DNA of 36,783 nucleotides from Octopus bimaculoides. Its lineage: Eukaryota. The notes below the pieces were generated by a model. The model ran no database searches. It saw only the letters and a program-made list of their open reading frames with translations, and was not told the DNA's origin. Shown in pieces: positions 1 through 10,665 of this stretch (positions are counted from its first letter, which is position 1; every line of letters starts with the position of its first letter). The stretch covers positions 77,780,611 through 77,817,393 of the forward strand of contig NC_068986.1 of NCBI RefSeq assembly GCF_001194135.2, given 5' to 3'. The position numbers were made by a program, and so were the translations under genes.

Positions 1-21
1 ATATATATATATATATATATA

Positions 22-469
22 TAACAATTAAAAGGGTAAAGGATTATCAATTTATTAATTTATTAATAAATTAATAATTAATAATTTTTACCAAGCCCTT
101 CGGTATGAAAACATCATTATCGGTGAAGAACTTATTTAAAAGTTCTTATCCATTTATAAACATAATTAAGGGGTCAGCAACAGTTGCTTCACCACATACC
201 GAAGTTCAGAAATAGCAGCTAAAGTGCTGAAACTCCAACAGATAGCATTACTTGTAACTCACAAAGGCAAAACAAGAAGAAAAGAATAAACGAACTAAAC
301 TAGTCGTAGTTAATCATATACACGTTTCTGGTTTAGAAGTGCAAATCCTTCATTACCTCATCAGTATGATATTCCAGTTGCAAATTCGACGATGCTAGCA
401 GTTGTGCATGCATGACCGAGTGACATCATCCATTGGCAAAGCTTGAAACCTTGCTGACCCCTTAATTAT
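22..469 (-). mobile_element. Microsatellite-embedded non-autonomous repeat, probably Penelope-like (pLTR-type), carrying hammerhead-like motifs
   Basis: Island between (TA)n tracts. It contains a minimal hammerhead fold on minus (313-370), a 19-bp perfect inverted repeat (162-180 ataattaaggggtcagcaa / 451-469 ttgctgaccccttaattat) and a second very decayed core near 85-127. No ORF. The Penelope assignment is inferred from the ribozyme type. Confidence 0.4.
313..370 (-). ncRNA. Candidate minimal type-I hammerhead ribozyme
   Basis: Minus strand reads aucaua-CUGAUGA-ggu aau gaag gauuugca cuuc uaa acc-a-GAAAC-GU-GUA^-uaugau. Helix I aucaua/uaugau is 6 bp, the CUGAUGA and GAAA cores are intact, helix II has ggu/acc and gaag/cuuc pairs, and helix III is minimal with a GUA cleavage triplet. 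One extra A before GAAA deviates from consensus. Confidence 0.45.
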
Positions 470-926
470 ATATATATATATATATNNNNNNNNNNNNNNN
501 NNNNNNNNNNNNNNNNNNNNNNNNNNNNNNNNNNNNNNNNNNNNNNNNNNNNNNNNNNNNNNNNNNNNNNNNNNNNNNNNNNNNNNNNNNNNNNNNNNNN
601 NNNNNNNNNNNNNNNNNNNNNNNNNNNNNNNNNNNNNNNNNNNNNNNNNNNNNNNNNNNNNNNNNNNNNNNNNNNNNNNNNNNNNNNNNNNNNNNNNNNN
701 NNNNNNNNNNNNNNNNNNNNNNNNNNNNNNNNNNNNNNNNNNNNNNNNNNNNNNNNNNNNNNNNNNNNNNNNNNNNNNNNNNNNNNNNNNNNNNNNNNNN
801 NNNNNNNNNNNNNNNNNNNNNNNNNNNNNNNNNNNNNNNNNNNNNNNNNNNNNNNNNNNNNNNNNNNNNNNNNNNNNNNNNNNNNNNNNNNNNNNNNNNN
901 NNNNNNNNTATATATATAAATATATA

Positions 927-962
<36 letters not shown>

Positions 963-2086
963 TGTGTATGTATCTGTATTTTTCTTCCTCACTGTTTGAT
1001 AATCAGTGTTGGTTTCCTTATATCCCTGCATGGTTGCAGTCCAATGATTAATACATGTAAAATATAAAAGATAAGTAATCACGGTAAGAGTTGAACTCAG
1101 AACAGAAAGAGCTGCAGTAAATACTGCAAGCCCTCACTTCTGATGTTTTTACTGTTCTGCCAATCCACTGCTCTCCATTAGTGTTTTTTTTATTGAATCC
1201 TCTAGGAATGGTAAAGTTGGCCATGTTGGGATTTGAACTTAGAAAAAATATCACAAGTCATTTCTCTCTGATGCTCTAATGACACTGTTAATTTCTCGCC
1301 TAAAATTTGGAAATTTGTGTGATGGTTGAATTCCTGATTTTGGGTACGAAGGAATAATTCTGTATTGCAAAATAATTGTAGCAGACTCAACACATTTCAA
1401 CATAGGTGTGTGTATGTGAGTGTGTCTGTGTGCGTGTGCATCTGTGGTAAACACTACGTTTTGTGTACAGTTTCTTCCACACACATACATATGTGTGTGT
1501 GTGTGTGTGTATGTGTGTGTGTGTGTGTGTATGTGTGTGTGTGTATGTCTGCATATACCATAAAGATATACATACATTTCCTTCTCTAATATGAGAGAGA
1601 GAAATGCTTCAATTTATGTAATATACGTAGAGGAGAAAACAGAAATAAAGAATAAAAAGAATTGTAATGGAATCAATCAGAAATTGAAGCCATATCATTT
1701 AGTTAATTTTCATTGCCATTATGATTTCTACAGCTCTATGGTTTCTTATTCCCAATTATAAACATATATGTTTATGTGTTTTCATATTTATATGTGCTCC
1801 CCTCTCACATTAGACATTTTAAAGATATCTTGGATTGCCTAAATAGTAGAATTCATGATTCAGCTTCCAAAGTAGGATACTGAGTAGTGCATTGTAATAA
1901 ACCTGATTTCAGATCGGAGATTAGAGTTAAGTACCTCCTGTAAGGTAAAGACACGATATAATGAATTTCCTAACATATTTAGGCTATGAGCCATGGACTA
2001 AGTGTTCAATACCTTAAATAATCAAGTAGGTATTGCACATAATACATACGACACAGAATACACGTTACACACAAAATACACACTAT

Positions 2087-2310
2087 CTTTTATTTTTTTA
2101 CTTATTTCAGTTACTTGATTGTGGCTATGTTGGGGCACTATCCCGAAGGGTTTTTAGTTAAACAAATCGACCAGCACTATTGTTTTGCAAAGCTTATTAC
2201 ATATTCTACTCATCTTGTTTGCTGAACTGCTAAGTTGTGGGTATGTAAACACACCAACACCAGTTGTCAAGCAGTGGTGGGGGACAAATGCGGGCACAGA
2301 AACACACACA
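2087..2310 (-). mobile_element. 3' half of bipartite microsatellite-containing SINE (family A)
   Basis: Reverse-complement similarity to the 3' half of the 12285-12860 copy (ttgtccccc...cttgacaac...ggtgtgtttac...cttagcagttc...gtcgattt...gactgaaac-aagtaaaa tail). Confidence 0.7.
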
Positions 2311-2327
2311 TATAAATATATACATAC

Positions 2328-2367
<40 letters not shown>

Positions 2368-2678
2368 CTTGCTCGAATGTCTTTGAGCGAGATCGTTGCC
2401 AGTGCCGTTGGACTGGCTCCTGTGCAGGTGGCATATAAAATACATCATTTTGAGCGTGGCCGTTGCCAGTACTGCCTGACTGGCCTTCGTGCGGGTGACA
2501 TGTAAAAGCACCCACTACACTCTCTGAGTGGTTGGCGTTAGGAAGGGTATCCAGCTGTAGAAACTCTGCCAAATCAGATTGGAGCCTGGTGTAGCCATCT
2601 GGTTCACTAGTCCTCAGTCAAATCGTCCAACCCATGCTAGCATGGGAAGCGGACATTAAACGATGATGATGATGATGA
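2368..2678 (+). mobile_element. RTE-LINE 3' end / RTE-tail element with (GAT)n tail
   Basis: Shares the gcacccactacactc...gttaggaaggg(c/t)atccagctgtagaaac...ggagcctggt...ccaacccatgc...aaacgatgatgat terminus with the RT-bearing copy ending at 32846. Inserted next to (TA)n. Confidence 0.8.
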
Positions 2679-2747
2679 TATAGCTGAAGAATTAAAATTA
2701 ATCAAAGGACATACTAAATATGTCTACCTGCTGGAAATAACAGTCAA

Positions 2748-2787
<40 letters not shown>

Positions 2788-3159
2788 NNNNNNNNNNNNN
2801 NNNNNNNNNNNNNNNNNNNNNNNNNNNNNNNNNNNNNNNNNNNNNNNNNNNNNNNNNNNNNNNNNNNNNNNNNNNNNNNNNNNNNNNNNNNNNNNNNNNN
2901 NNNNNNNNNNNNNNNNNNNNNNNNNNNNNNNNNNNNNNNNNNNNNNNNNNNNNNNNNNNNNNNNNNNNNNNNNNNNNNNNNNNNNNNNNNNNNNNNNNNN
3001 NNNNNNNNNNNNNNNNNNNNNNNNNNNNNNNNNNNNNNNNNNNNNNNNNNNNNNNNNNNNNNNNNNNNNNNNNNNNNNNNNNNNNNNNNNNNNNNNNNNN
3101 NNNNNNNNNNNNNNNNNNNNNNNNNNNNNNNNNNNNNNNNNNNNNNATATATATATATA

Positions 3160-3535
3160 TACAAGTGCCAGTGGAGCACTAACAGCACCGTCCGAGCGTG
3201 ATCATTGCCAGAGCAGCTGTCTGGCTTCCGTGCTAGTGGCACGTAAATAGCACCATTTGAGTTTGTTCGCTACTAGCGTCGCTTTACTGGCATTTGTACC
3301 AGTGGCATGTAAAGAACACCATTTTGAGCGTGACTGTTGCCAGTACCACGTGAATGACCTTCGTGTTGGTGGCACGTAAAAGCACCCACTACACTCTTGG
3401 AGTGGTTGGCATTAGGAAGGGCATCCAGCTGAAGAAACTACGCCAGATCAGATTGGAGCCTGGTGCAGCCATCCGGTTCACCAGTATTCAGTCAAATCGT
3501 TCAACCCATGCTAGCATGGAAAGCGGACGTTAAAC

Positions 3536-3587
<52 letters not shown>

Positions 3588-3597
3588 TTGATGATGA
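3160..3597 (+). mobile_element. RTE-LINE 3' end with tandem ~65-bp 3'UTR units and long (GAT)n tail
   Basis: Same terminus as 2368-2678. About three diverged units ending gtggcacgtaaa(a)gcacc precede it, and the (GAT)n tail spans 3536-3597. Confidence 0.8.
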
Positions 3598-3630
3598 TAT
3601 ATATATATACATATAGATATATATATACAT

Positions 3631-3825
3631 GTTTGTGTGTCTGTGTTTGTCCCCCACCATCACTTCACAAGTGATGTTGGTGTGTTTACATCTCTGAAAC
3701 TTAGCAGTTCAGCCAAAGAGTTTGATAGAATATGAACTAGGCTTACAAAGAATAAGTCCTGGAGTTGATTTGTTTGACTAAAAGTGGTGCAACAGCATGG
3801 CTGCAGTCAAATGACTGAAACAAAA
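3631..3825 (+). mobile_element. 3' half of bipartite SINE (family A)
   Basis: Colinear similarity with 12645-12845 (gtgtctgtgtttgtcccc...aagaataagtcctgg...gcagtcaaatgactgaaac). Confidence 0.75.
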
Positions 3826-4085
3826 TGTATATATATATATATATATGTAGGTATTGGTATGAGTGTGCATGGATGTGTGTATCTTGGTACCTCCTTATCT
3901 TGACATCATATGATAGTTGTAGAATATTGTACATGTAGAAGCAATATTGTTCATTTCCATATTTGGGTATGGGTAAATATTATCTTGCTGGGAAACAGGT
4001 GATGATGACAGGAAAAGTATCCAGACATAGAACATTTACCACAGTAGGTTCTGTCAAATTCATCCAAGAATGGAAAAGAATAATT

Positions 4086-4122
<37 letters not shown>

Positions 4123-4123
<1 letters not shown>

Positions 4124-4318
4124 TGTTGTATCTGGGGAGAGTCATTCTCTTTTAGTTCAAGTAGCTTGAACAACGAACATAGTCAACAACTATTGAAAAG
4201 GTTGCAAGATTCAACGAAAATTTTGGAAAAATAAGTAAGTAAATGAGTGGAAATTTTACCAGTGAGTGTGTTAAATTATAAGGCACTAAAAGAGAATGAC
4301 TCTCCCCAGACACAACAG
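4123..4318. mobile_element. MITE, ~196 bp, with 34-bp terminal inverted repeats
   Basis: 4123-4156 ctgttgtatctggggagagtcattctcttttagt vs reverse complement of 4285-4318, 33/34 identical. TA precedes the left end; the right target site is imperfect. Confidence 0.75.
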
Positions 4319-4987
4319 AATATGCTTATATACTTATGTATGTATGTACATATATGCACTTATATATAAGTAGGCATGCATATCTGTGTATATATCTATA
4401 TTTATAAATATATATATGTATGCTTATATGTGTGTATATATGTATGTATGTATGCCTGTGTGTCTATGTATTCAAACTCATTATAAAATCCTAATGGATA
4501 GCTAATGTGAATAATACTGTAATTGAAAGTGAGCTGAAACATGTATTTCTAAAACTTCAGAATCTCATCATGTTTTGTATACATAACGATGACAGACACA
4601 TTGAAAATTAACAACCTCAATAATAAATTTGCTTAAAAATGTAATAGATTCTATCACATATCCTTTTTTCAAGTTATTACTTCCCTACAACTAACTACAG
4701 TTATACGAATTTAAAATTTCACACACACACACATGCATGCACAAGCATGTGCACACACACACATATCACACACATACATATGTATATATGTTTGGGTGAA
4801 TATATGAGTGTGTGAATTAATGTCACTGTCTCGATACAATGTGCCTATGCTAAACTAAAATCACTCTTATACAAGTAGTGTTTTTATTTTCAGTCATCTT
4901 CATAATAATCCAACATGAATGTATATAACTAAGGTGTGTTTATATATATATATATATGTCTATATATATGTATATTTATATGTTTAT

Positions 4988-5368
4988 GGAGGCGCAATGG
5001 CCCAGTGGTTAGGGCAGCAGACTCGTGGTCATAGGATCGGGGTTTCAATTCCCAGACCGGCCGTTGTGAGTGTTTATTGAGCGAAAATACCTAAACCTCC
5101 ATGAGGCTCCGGCAGGGGATGGTGGCAAAACCTGCTGTACTCTTTCACCACAACTTTCTCTCACTCTTACTTCCTGTTTCTGTTGTGCCTGTAATTAAAA
5201 GGGTCAGCCTTGTTACACTGTGTCACGCTGAACATCCCTGAGAACTACGTTAAGGGTACACGTATCTGTGGAGTGCTCAGCCACTTGCACGTTAATTTCA
5301 CGAGCAGGCTATTCCGTTGATCGATTCAACTGGAACCCTCAACGTCGTAAGCGACGGAGTGCCAACAG
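4988..5368 (+). mobile_element. tRNA-derived SINE (family C), near full length
   Basis: Pol III A box tggcccagtgg (4998-5008) and B box ggtttcaattcc (5041-5052) in a tRNA-like head, followed by ~300 bp of non-tRNA body. Relatively CpG-rich, so probably young. Confidence 0.8.
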
Positions 5369-5703
5369 ATATATNNNNNNNNNNNNNNNNNNNNNNNNNN
5401 NNNNNNNNNNNNNNNNNNNNNNNNNNNNNNNNNNNNNNNNNNNNNNNNNNNNNNNNNNNNNNNNNNNNNNNNNNNNNNNNNNNNNNNNNNNNNNNNNNNN
5501 NNNNNNNNNNNNNNNNNNNNNNNNNNNNNNNNNNNNNNNNNNNNNNNNNNNNNNNNNNNNNNNNNNNNNNNNNNNNNNNNNNNNNNNNNNNNNNNNNNNN
5601 NNNNNNNNNNNNNNNNNNNNNNNNNNNNNNNNNNNNNNNNNNNNNNNNNNNNNNNNNNNNNNNNNNNNNNNNNNNNNNNNNNNNNNNNNNNNNNNNNNNN
5701 NNN

Positions 5704-5743
<40 letters not shown>

Positions 5744-5933
5744 GTCTGATCAATAAGTATCTGGACTGTTGCCATAGTAATGAAGCTAAAGCACATGGAA
5801 TGAAGCCTCTTGGCAAAGATTGACCTTGAACTCTACTGTGCATGCACACTAGATTTTAATGCTCTAGCTCACTTCCAGTGTTTACAACAGTGCTTGGAAG
5901 GAAGGTGTGTAGTATCTATTCATCGCATTGACC

Positions 5934-6190
5934 ATGACAGAGAAAGTTGTCATGGCGATACCTGCTCCGAAGCCTATGCAATTTGTGGAAAGTGTATGGA
6001 GAGGAGTTTATGAGCTGCACAAAATTGTACAAGTGGTTTAGATGTCTCCAAGATAGCCGAAAAATTGTCGATATTGAGGGACATTCTGGGAGACCCACAA
6101 CTAGCAGAACTGGAAAAAACTGTACATGTGCATGCAGCTGTGAAGGGAAATCATCAAATCACTCTCCATGAGTTATCAGAGGATGTGTAG
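5934..6190 (+). pseudogene. Mariner transposase N-terminal HTH region, degenerate
   Basis: GDTCSEAYA..KVYGEEFMSCTKLYKWFRCLQDSRKIVDIEGHSGRPTTSRT, then after a frameshift VHAAVKGNHQITLHELSEDV*. This matches the mariner HTH pattern (WFxxF...SGRP...T.RELS). Contains a deletion, frameshifts and a stop; no DD34D domain. Confidence 0.85.
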
Positions 6191-6196
6191 AATGAT

Positions 6197-6283
6197 GAAA
6201 ACTTTGTGCAGGCCTCTGAGCAGGCATTGCCAAGCTTTTGGCAAAATTTGATGCAGATTCTCTGCTCATCTTTCTCTGTCATG
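6197..6283 (-). pseudogene. Second mariner transposase N-terminus (inverted copy)
   Basis: Minus strand reads MTEK-(frameshift)-EQRICIKFCQKLGNACSEACTKF, the typical mariner EQRxxIKFC start that is deleted from the plus-strand arm. Confidence 0.8.
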
Positions 6284-6526
6284 GTCAATGTGACAATCAC
6301 ACGCTACACAACTTCCTTCTAAGCACTGCTGTAAACAGCAGAAGTGAGTTAGAGCATTAAAACTTATTGCACATGCATGACAGAGTTCAAGATCAATCTG
6401 TGCCAAGCAGCTTTACTTTGCGTGCTTTATTATTGTTACTATGGCGACAGTCTGGATACTTATTGATCAGATCACGTATATACATATGCATACACACATG
6501 CACACAAACACACATATATATATAAT

Positions 6527-6692
6527 GGGCTTATTTTAGTTTCTATTTACCAAATCCAGTCTCAAGACTTTTGTTGGCTGGGGACATAGCAGATGACACT
6601 TACCCAAGGTGTCAGACAGTGGAACTGAAACTGAACCTGGGACCATGTGGCAGGGAAGCAAGCTTCTTATCATACTGCCACACCTGCACCTA
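6527..6692 (-). mobile_element. tRNA-like head of bipartite SINE (family A)
   Basis: Reverse-complement similarity to 12285-12445 (head, ggttcag B-box-like motif, ttgggtaagtgtc central motif, gatttggtaaatagaaact). Confidence 0.7.
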
Positions 6693-6751
6693 TATATATA
6701 TATCTGGGTTTCATCTCCATGAAGCACTTAGATCCCAAAACCTGTTGGCTT

Positions 6752-6893
6752 AATACATCATTTTGAGCGTGGCCGTTGCCAGTACTGCCTGACTGGCCTT
6801 CGTGCGGGTGACATGTAAAAGCACCCACTACACTCTCTGAGTGGTTGGCGTTAGGAAGGGTATCCAGCTGTAGAAACTCTGCCAAATCAGATT
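6752..6893 (+). mobile_element. Internal RTE-tail fragment, identical to 2439-2580
   Basis: 142/142 identity on base-by-base reading. Lacks the (GAT)n tail. Confidence 0.85.
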
Positions 6894-7142
6894 AAAGCCT
6901 TTTTAGAATATGGGAGAGGAAAGGACCTCACTACTCAATGACAACATTGAATAATGAGGTCCTTTCCTGCTCCAAATTCTAGAGAGGCTAATCACTAGAG
7001 AGGCCTTAATTCAACATGTTTTGGTATCAGATGATATGCCATAAAGCTAAGCATAAACTAACCTTATCTAAGTTCATATTATATACTGCTCTATAACTTA
7101 GTGTGTTTCTTTTTTGGGCTTATGTTTTACTGGTGATATATA

Positions 7143-7380
7143 CAGGTTGGCCCAAAAGTAGGTTTACAGTTATTCAACTATCTGTTTTACATTCCTATGT
7201 TAACAGTTTAGATCTTATTTATGAAAAAATATGAAACCATTATTCAATGCTAATTTCATTAATTTTGTCGAGCTCCCTTTTCAGTTTGTAAGATAATAGA
7301 AATTTAAACGTAATAAAATGTTTTAAAAGAAATTTAAAGTGCCTACGTGATAACTGTTAACCTACTTTTGCACCACACTG
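7143..7380. mobile_element. Tc1/mariner-type MITE, 238 bp
   Basis: 31-bp imperfect TIRs (caggttggcccaaaagtaggtttacagttat vs reverse complement cagtgtggtgcaaaagtaggttaacagttat), flanked by TA on both sides. Confidence 0.8.
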
Positions 7381-7477
7381 TATATATATTTATCTCTATC
7401 TAGATACTAATATTTAGTGGAAGCAAGCGAATGACTCAAGATCCAAGAGCTTAGTGCATTTGCACTCATCAAGTGCC

Positions 7478-7508
<31 letters not shown>

Positions 7509-8754
7509 GAATGTACCTGCTTATAATGGCTAGCCAGTTGACTTTTTGGCTACTAAAGTTAAGGGACATATTTGCCCTTTCTGTAACAGAATACGAAATC
7601 TTTGCCATCAATATGGCTCATGTAGGCTCTCGAACATGTAATCAGGAATTATTCTTTCCTTGCCACTCAAAATTTATTCTGGTTATTTGTTAATCAACTG
7701 AGATTATTTTATGCTTGGTTAAATAGTTGAATATAAATAGAATAATACAAACTGATCATTAAATTATCTCCAGTGATTTTACCAACAGCACCAACTTGGT
7801 TGTCTTTATATTTTGTGTGTGTGTATGTATATGCATTTGTCAAACATTTCTGTGAAATAAATGTGCTCTGTCATTGTTGGCTGCCAGTTAAATTTTTATT
7901 TCTCGGAGATATTCTTTGCATTGAAAATCAAATGGTTTTCTATCTAGCATGGTGACATCAAAAAGTAGCTGGTTAGAAAATGTTATTTGTTCATTGGCAA
8001 ATGACATGTCAAAAGAAAGTACAAAAAACAAAAAAAGCATTTTTAAAAAAGTATAAACATAACATGTACAAGAAAATGTAGTTTTCTTAAAATGTCAAAG
8101 GAGTTTTATTAATGGGAAAAAAAAAATTGGGTTGGGTTTTCTTTAATTTGGAATGAAGAAAACAAAATGTAAGTTTTGTTCATGTTATTTTGTTTTGCAG
8201 TTTTAATTCCTTAACTGATACAAAAGTGTGTGTGTGTGTACACATGTGTACAGGTGTATGGAGAAGGTAGGCAATCAGTAAGTGTATCTGTGTGTGAAGG
8301 AGAGAGAGAGAGAGAGGAGTGGAGAAAGAGATTGTTAGAATGATAGATAAACAGAGAGATAGAGAAAGATAGACAGATAGACAGAGAGAGGAGAGGCTGA
8401 ATTAGTCCAGTTTTAAATGATAAAGCGTTTTGTTAGCAAAGTGCCATCACTGAAATTTAGTGTTTGCCAAATTAATTGACATTTAAATGCATATAAGTTT
8501 CTAACATTAGCACAAGACCGTAATCTTTTTGTGGGGATGAGGTATGTTTTATTGATCATGGAAAAATGAAAGTGGAAGTTAATTCCAGCATGATTTGAAT
8601 TCAGAATTAAGAGTTGTCACTAAATACTGTAAGATATATTGTTTGGTGTTTGAATGGTTCTGTCAATCCAAACTGACTTTAAATATTTAAGTGGTAGTGA
8701 TAATAAGAGCAACAATACTTTATTTTAATTATTTGGTGCTATATTGGTTTTAAA

Positions 8755-8954
8755 TTTTGGTGCAAAGCCAGCAATTTTGGAGGAGGTGGGGAAGTCAATT
8801 ACATCGACCCCCAGTGCTCAGCTGGCACTCATTTTATCAACCCCATAAGGATAAAAGATAAAGTCAACCTCGGAGAAATTTGAACTCAGAATATAAACAC
8901 GGAAGAAATGCTATGAAGCATTTTGCCCAGTGTGCTAATGAATCGGTTAGCTCA
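8755..8954 (-). mobile_element. tRNA-derived SINE (family B), degenerate
   Basis: Similar to the reverse complement of 22690-22891 (aaagtcaacctcgg..aatttgaactcagaa; atcgaccccagt). Confidence 0.7.
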
Positions 8955-9864
8955 CTACTTTACCATTTGGTGCATCATGTTACCCAACAAAGAACTCTTC
9001 TTATGGTTGTTTACCTTGCAACAAAGAGCGGTCAGATTTCCCTCACTCAGTTTCCAAGAAAAAAAGAATGTAGTAAAACACTGAATAATGTAGGCTTAAA
9101 GACATAACATTGAATAAAATAAGACAGGATTGTCACAATTAAACATGTTTTTGATCAGAACTGACCTAGTATTTGAGAAAAACAGCATAAAACTTAATAT
9201 GTGTACACTATACAGACACCAACATAAAAGATACCAAAATAAAAACATAAGTAATAAAAATAAAATAAAACAGTTAAGGGAAATACAAAATACACTGAGT
9301 GAGAGTGATGGGGATCAATCCTTAATGAATAATTATTCTTACTACTGAAAGGTCAATCATTATCTAATTACGCAAAAGAAGAAATATATATATCACATCT
9401 AAATATATAAGTTCTAAGATATACTTGAATGTCTAAAAAGTTAGGACTTAATTCAAACAGTTGTACAATGAACAAATTTTCTGATATTTATTAATAAAAA
9501 AATTTTCATGTTTTTCAAAAGAACATCCTTAAAATAACTCTTGGGTTATTTGTATAAAAATATAAGAAATGTGTCTGAATAATTGTTTTTTAAAAAAAGT
9601 TATAAATAATAAATAAATTAAAAATTTATAATTAATTATAAAGTAAATTAAATATTTTTTAATAAAATAAAATAAAATAAAATAAAATAAAATAAATATA
9701 TTTCATGGTTTCTATTTGGGACTTTGACTTTTCAAAATTTTCTTAGAGAAAAACGTATTTGCTATTGTTGTTTTGCTCTAGATGAGTTGTGATTGAGTAA
9801 ATATATGATCGTGGGTGTTGCGGCTACAATCACACTGCCTTTTTGTTTTATTTTTCATATAAAG

Positions 9865-10020
9865 TACAGGAAAGGCTGTGTGATTAATAGGTTTACTTCA
9901 CAAGACATGCTTACAGGCTCAATCTCATTGCATGACACCTTGAGCAAGATTCTCATTTCATGGTGACTAATGCATTGTGGTTGAAATTGGTCAACAGAAA
10001 CTGTACAGAAATCTCTTGTA
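9865..10020 (+). mobile_element. Degenerate head of SINE family A, followed by (TG)n
   Basis: aggctgtgtgattaa...caccttgagcaag...gaaattggtcaacagaaactgtacagaa resembles 12290-12445. Confidence 0.55.
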
Positions 10021-10061
10021 TATATCTATATTTCTACATTTAAGATGAAAGATATATTTTA

Positions 10062-10107
<46 letters not shown>

Positions 10108-10164
10108 TGTGTGTGTGTGTGTATGTGTGTGTAACTTCATATCTGAAAGTGCAGGGAAGTAGTA

Positions 10165-10665
10165 AGTACTAAGAGCACATGCAAAATAGACACCCTTCAG
10201 TATCCCAGTGGCTCTCTAAAAAGGTTGTTATCAAGGGGACTTAGCAGTTGAGGTAGATGTCCTGAAAACATAGTAACCTGAGTAAGAATTGGCTGGAAAA
10301 TGTTCAGGGAACTATTAATTTTAGTGGCAACAAAAGATTCTTCAAAGCAATTGGTGGTTTGTATAATACTTGTGTATGAAGCTCAATGATGCATTGTTGT
10401 GAGACATGGACCTTGAATAGACAATATTTGAAAGTAATGAAGTGAGCATGCCTTGCTGGAAGTGTAATATGAGTGTGCATAAATGAAACTCATAAATGAG
10501 CTGAGAGAGTAACTGACCATAAGAAGGATCAGATGTCTTACACTCTCACCATTTCTCTACTTCTTGCTATTCATCCTGCTCTAGAAGCATAGTAACAACC
10601 GTCTGACTCAAACAAGCATGTAAAGCAGATGTAAAATGATGATGATGATGATGACGATGATGATA
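10165..10665 (+). mobile_element. Old RTE LINE fragment (ORF C-terminus plus tail)
   Basis: Translates ENIVT*VRIGWKMFRELLIFSGNKRFFKAIGGLYNTCV*SSMMHCCETWTLNR, the RTE post-RT R.RIGWxxFREL...LY..CV...L.G.ETW block. Followed by a decayed tail and (GAT)n at 10635-10663. Confidence 0.75.

Larger units (their letters stand above)
5740..6476. mobile_element. Non-autonomous mariner element made of two inverted 5' ends (long foldback arms)
   Basis: Termini ta|(c>t)gaggtctgatcaataagtatc and gatacttattgatcagatcacg|ta, with TA target sites. Arms 5740-~5985 and ~6200-6476 are diverged reverse complements, and each runs into the transposase start. Confidence 0.85.

Noticed and set aside
4032-4058. Minus-strand peptide FDRTYCGKC resembling the FDRHYCGKC motif of ribosomal protein eS31/S27a
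   Set aside because: The flanks do not match (no upstream C-x4-C-GAGVFMA, spacing off) and there is no ubiquitin part. A short chance match is likely.
4988-5065. Possible genuine tRNA gene
   Set aside because: A and B boxes are present, but I could not build a clean cloverleaf and the sequence continues into a SINE body.
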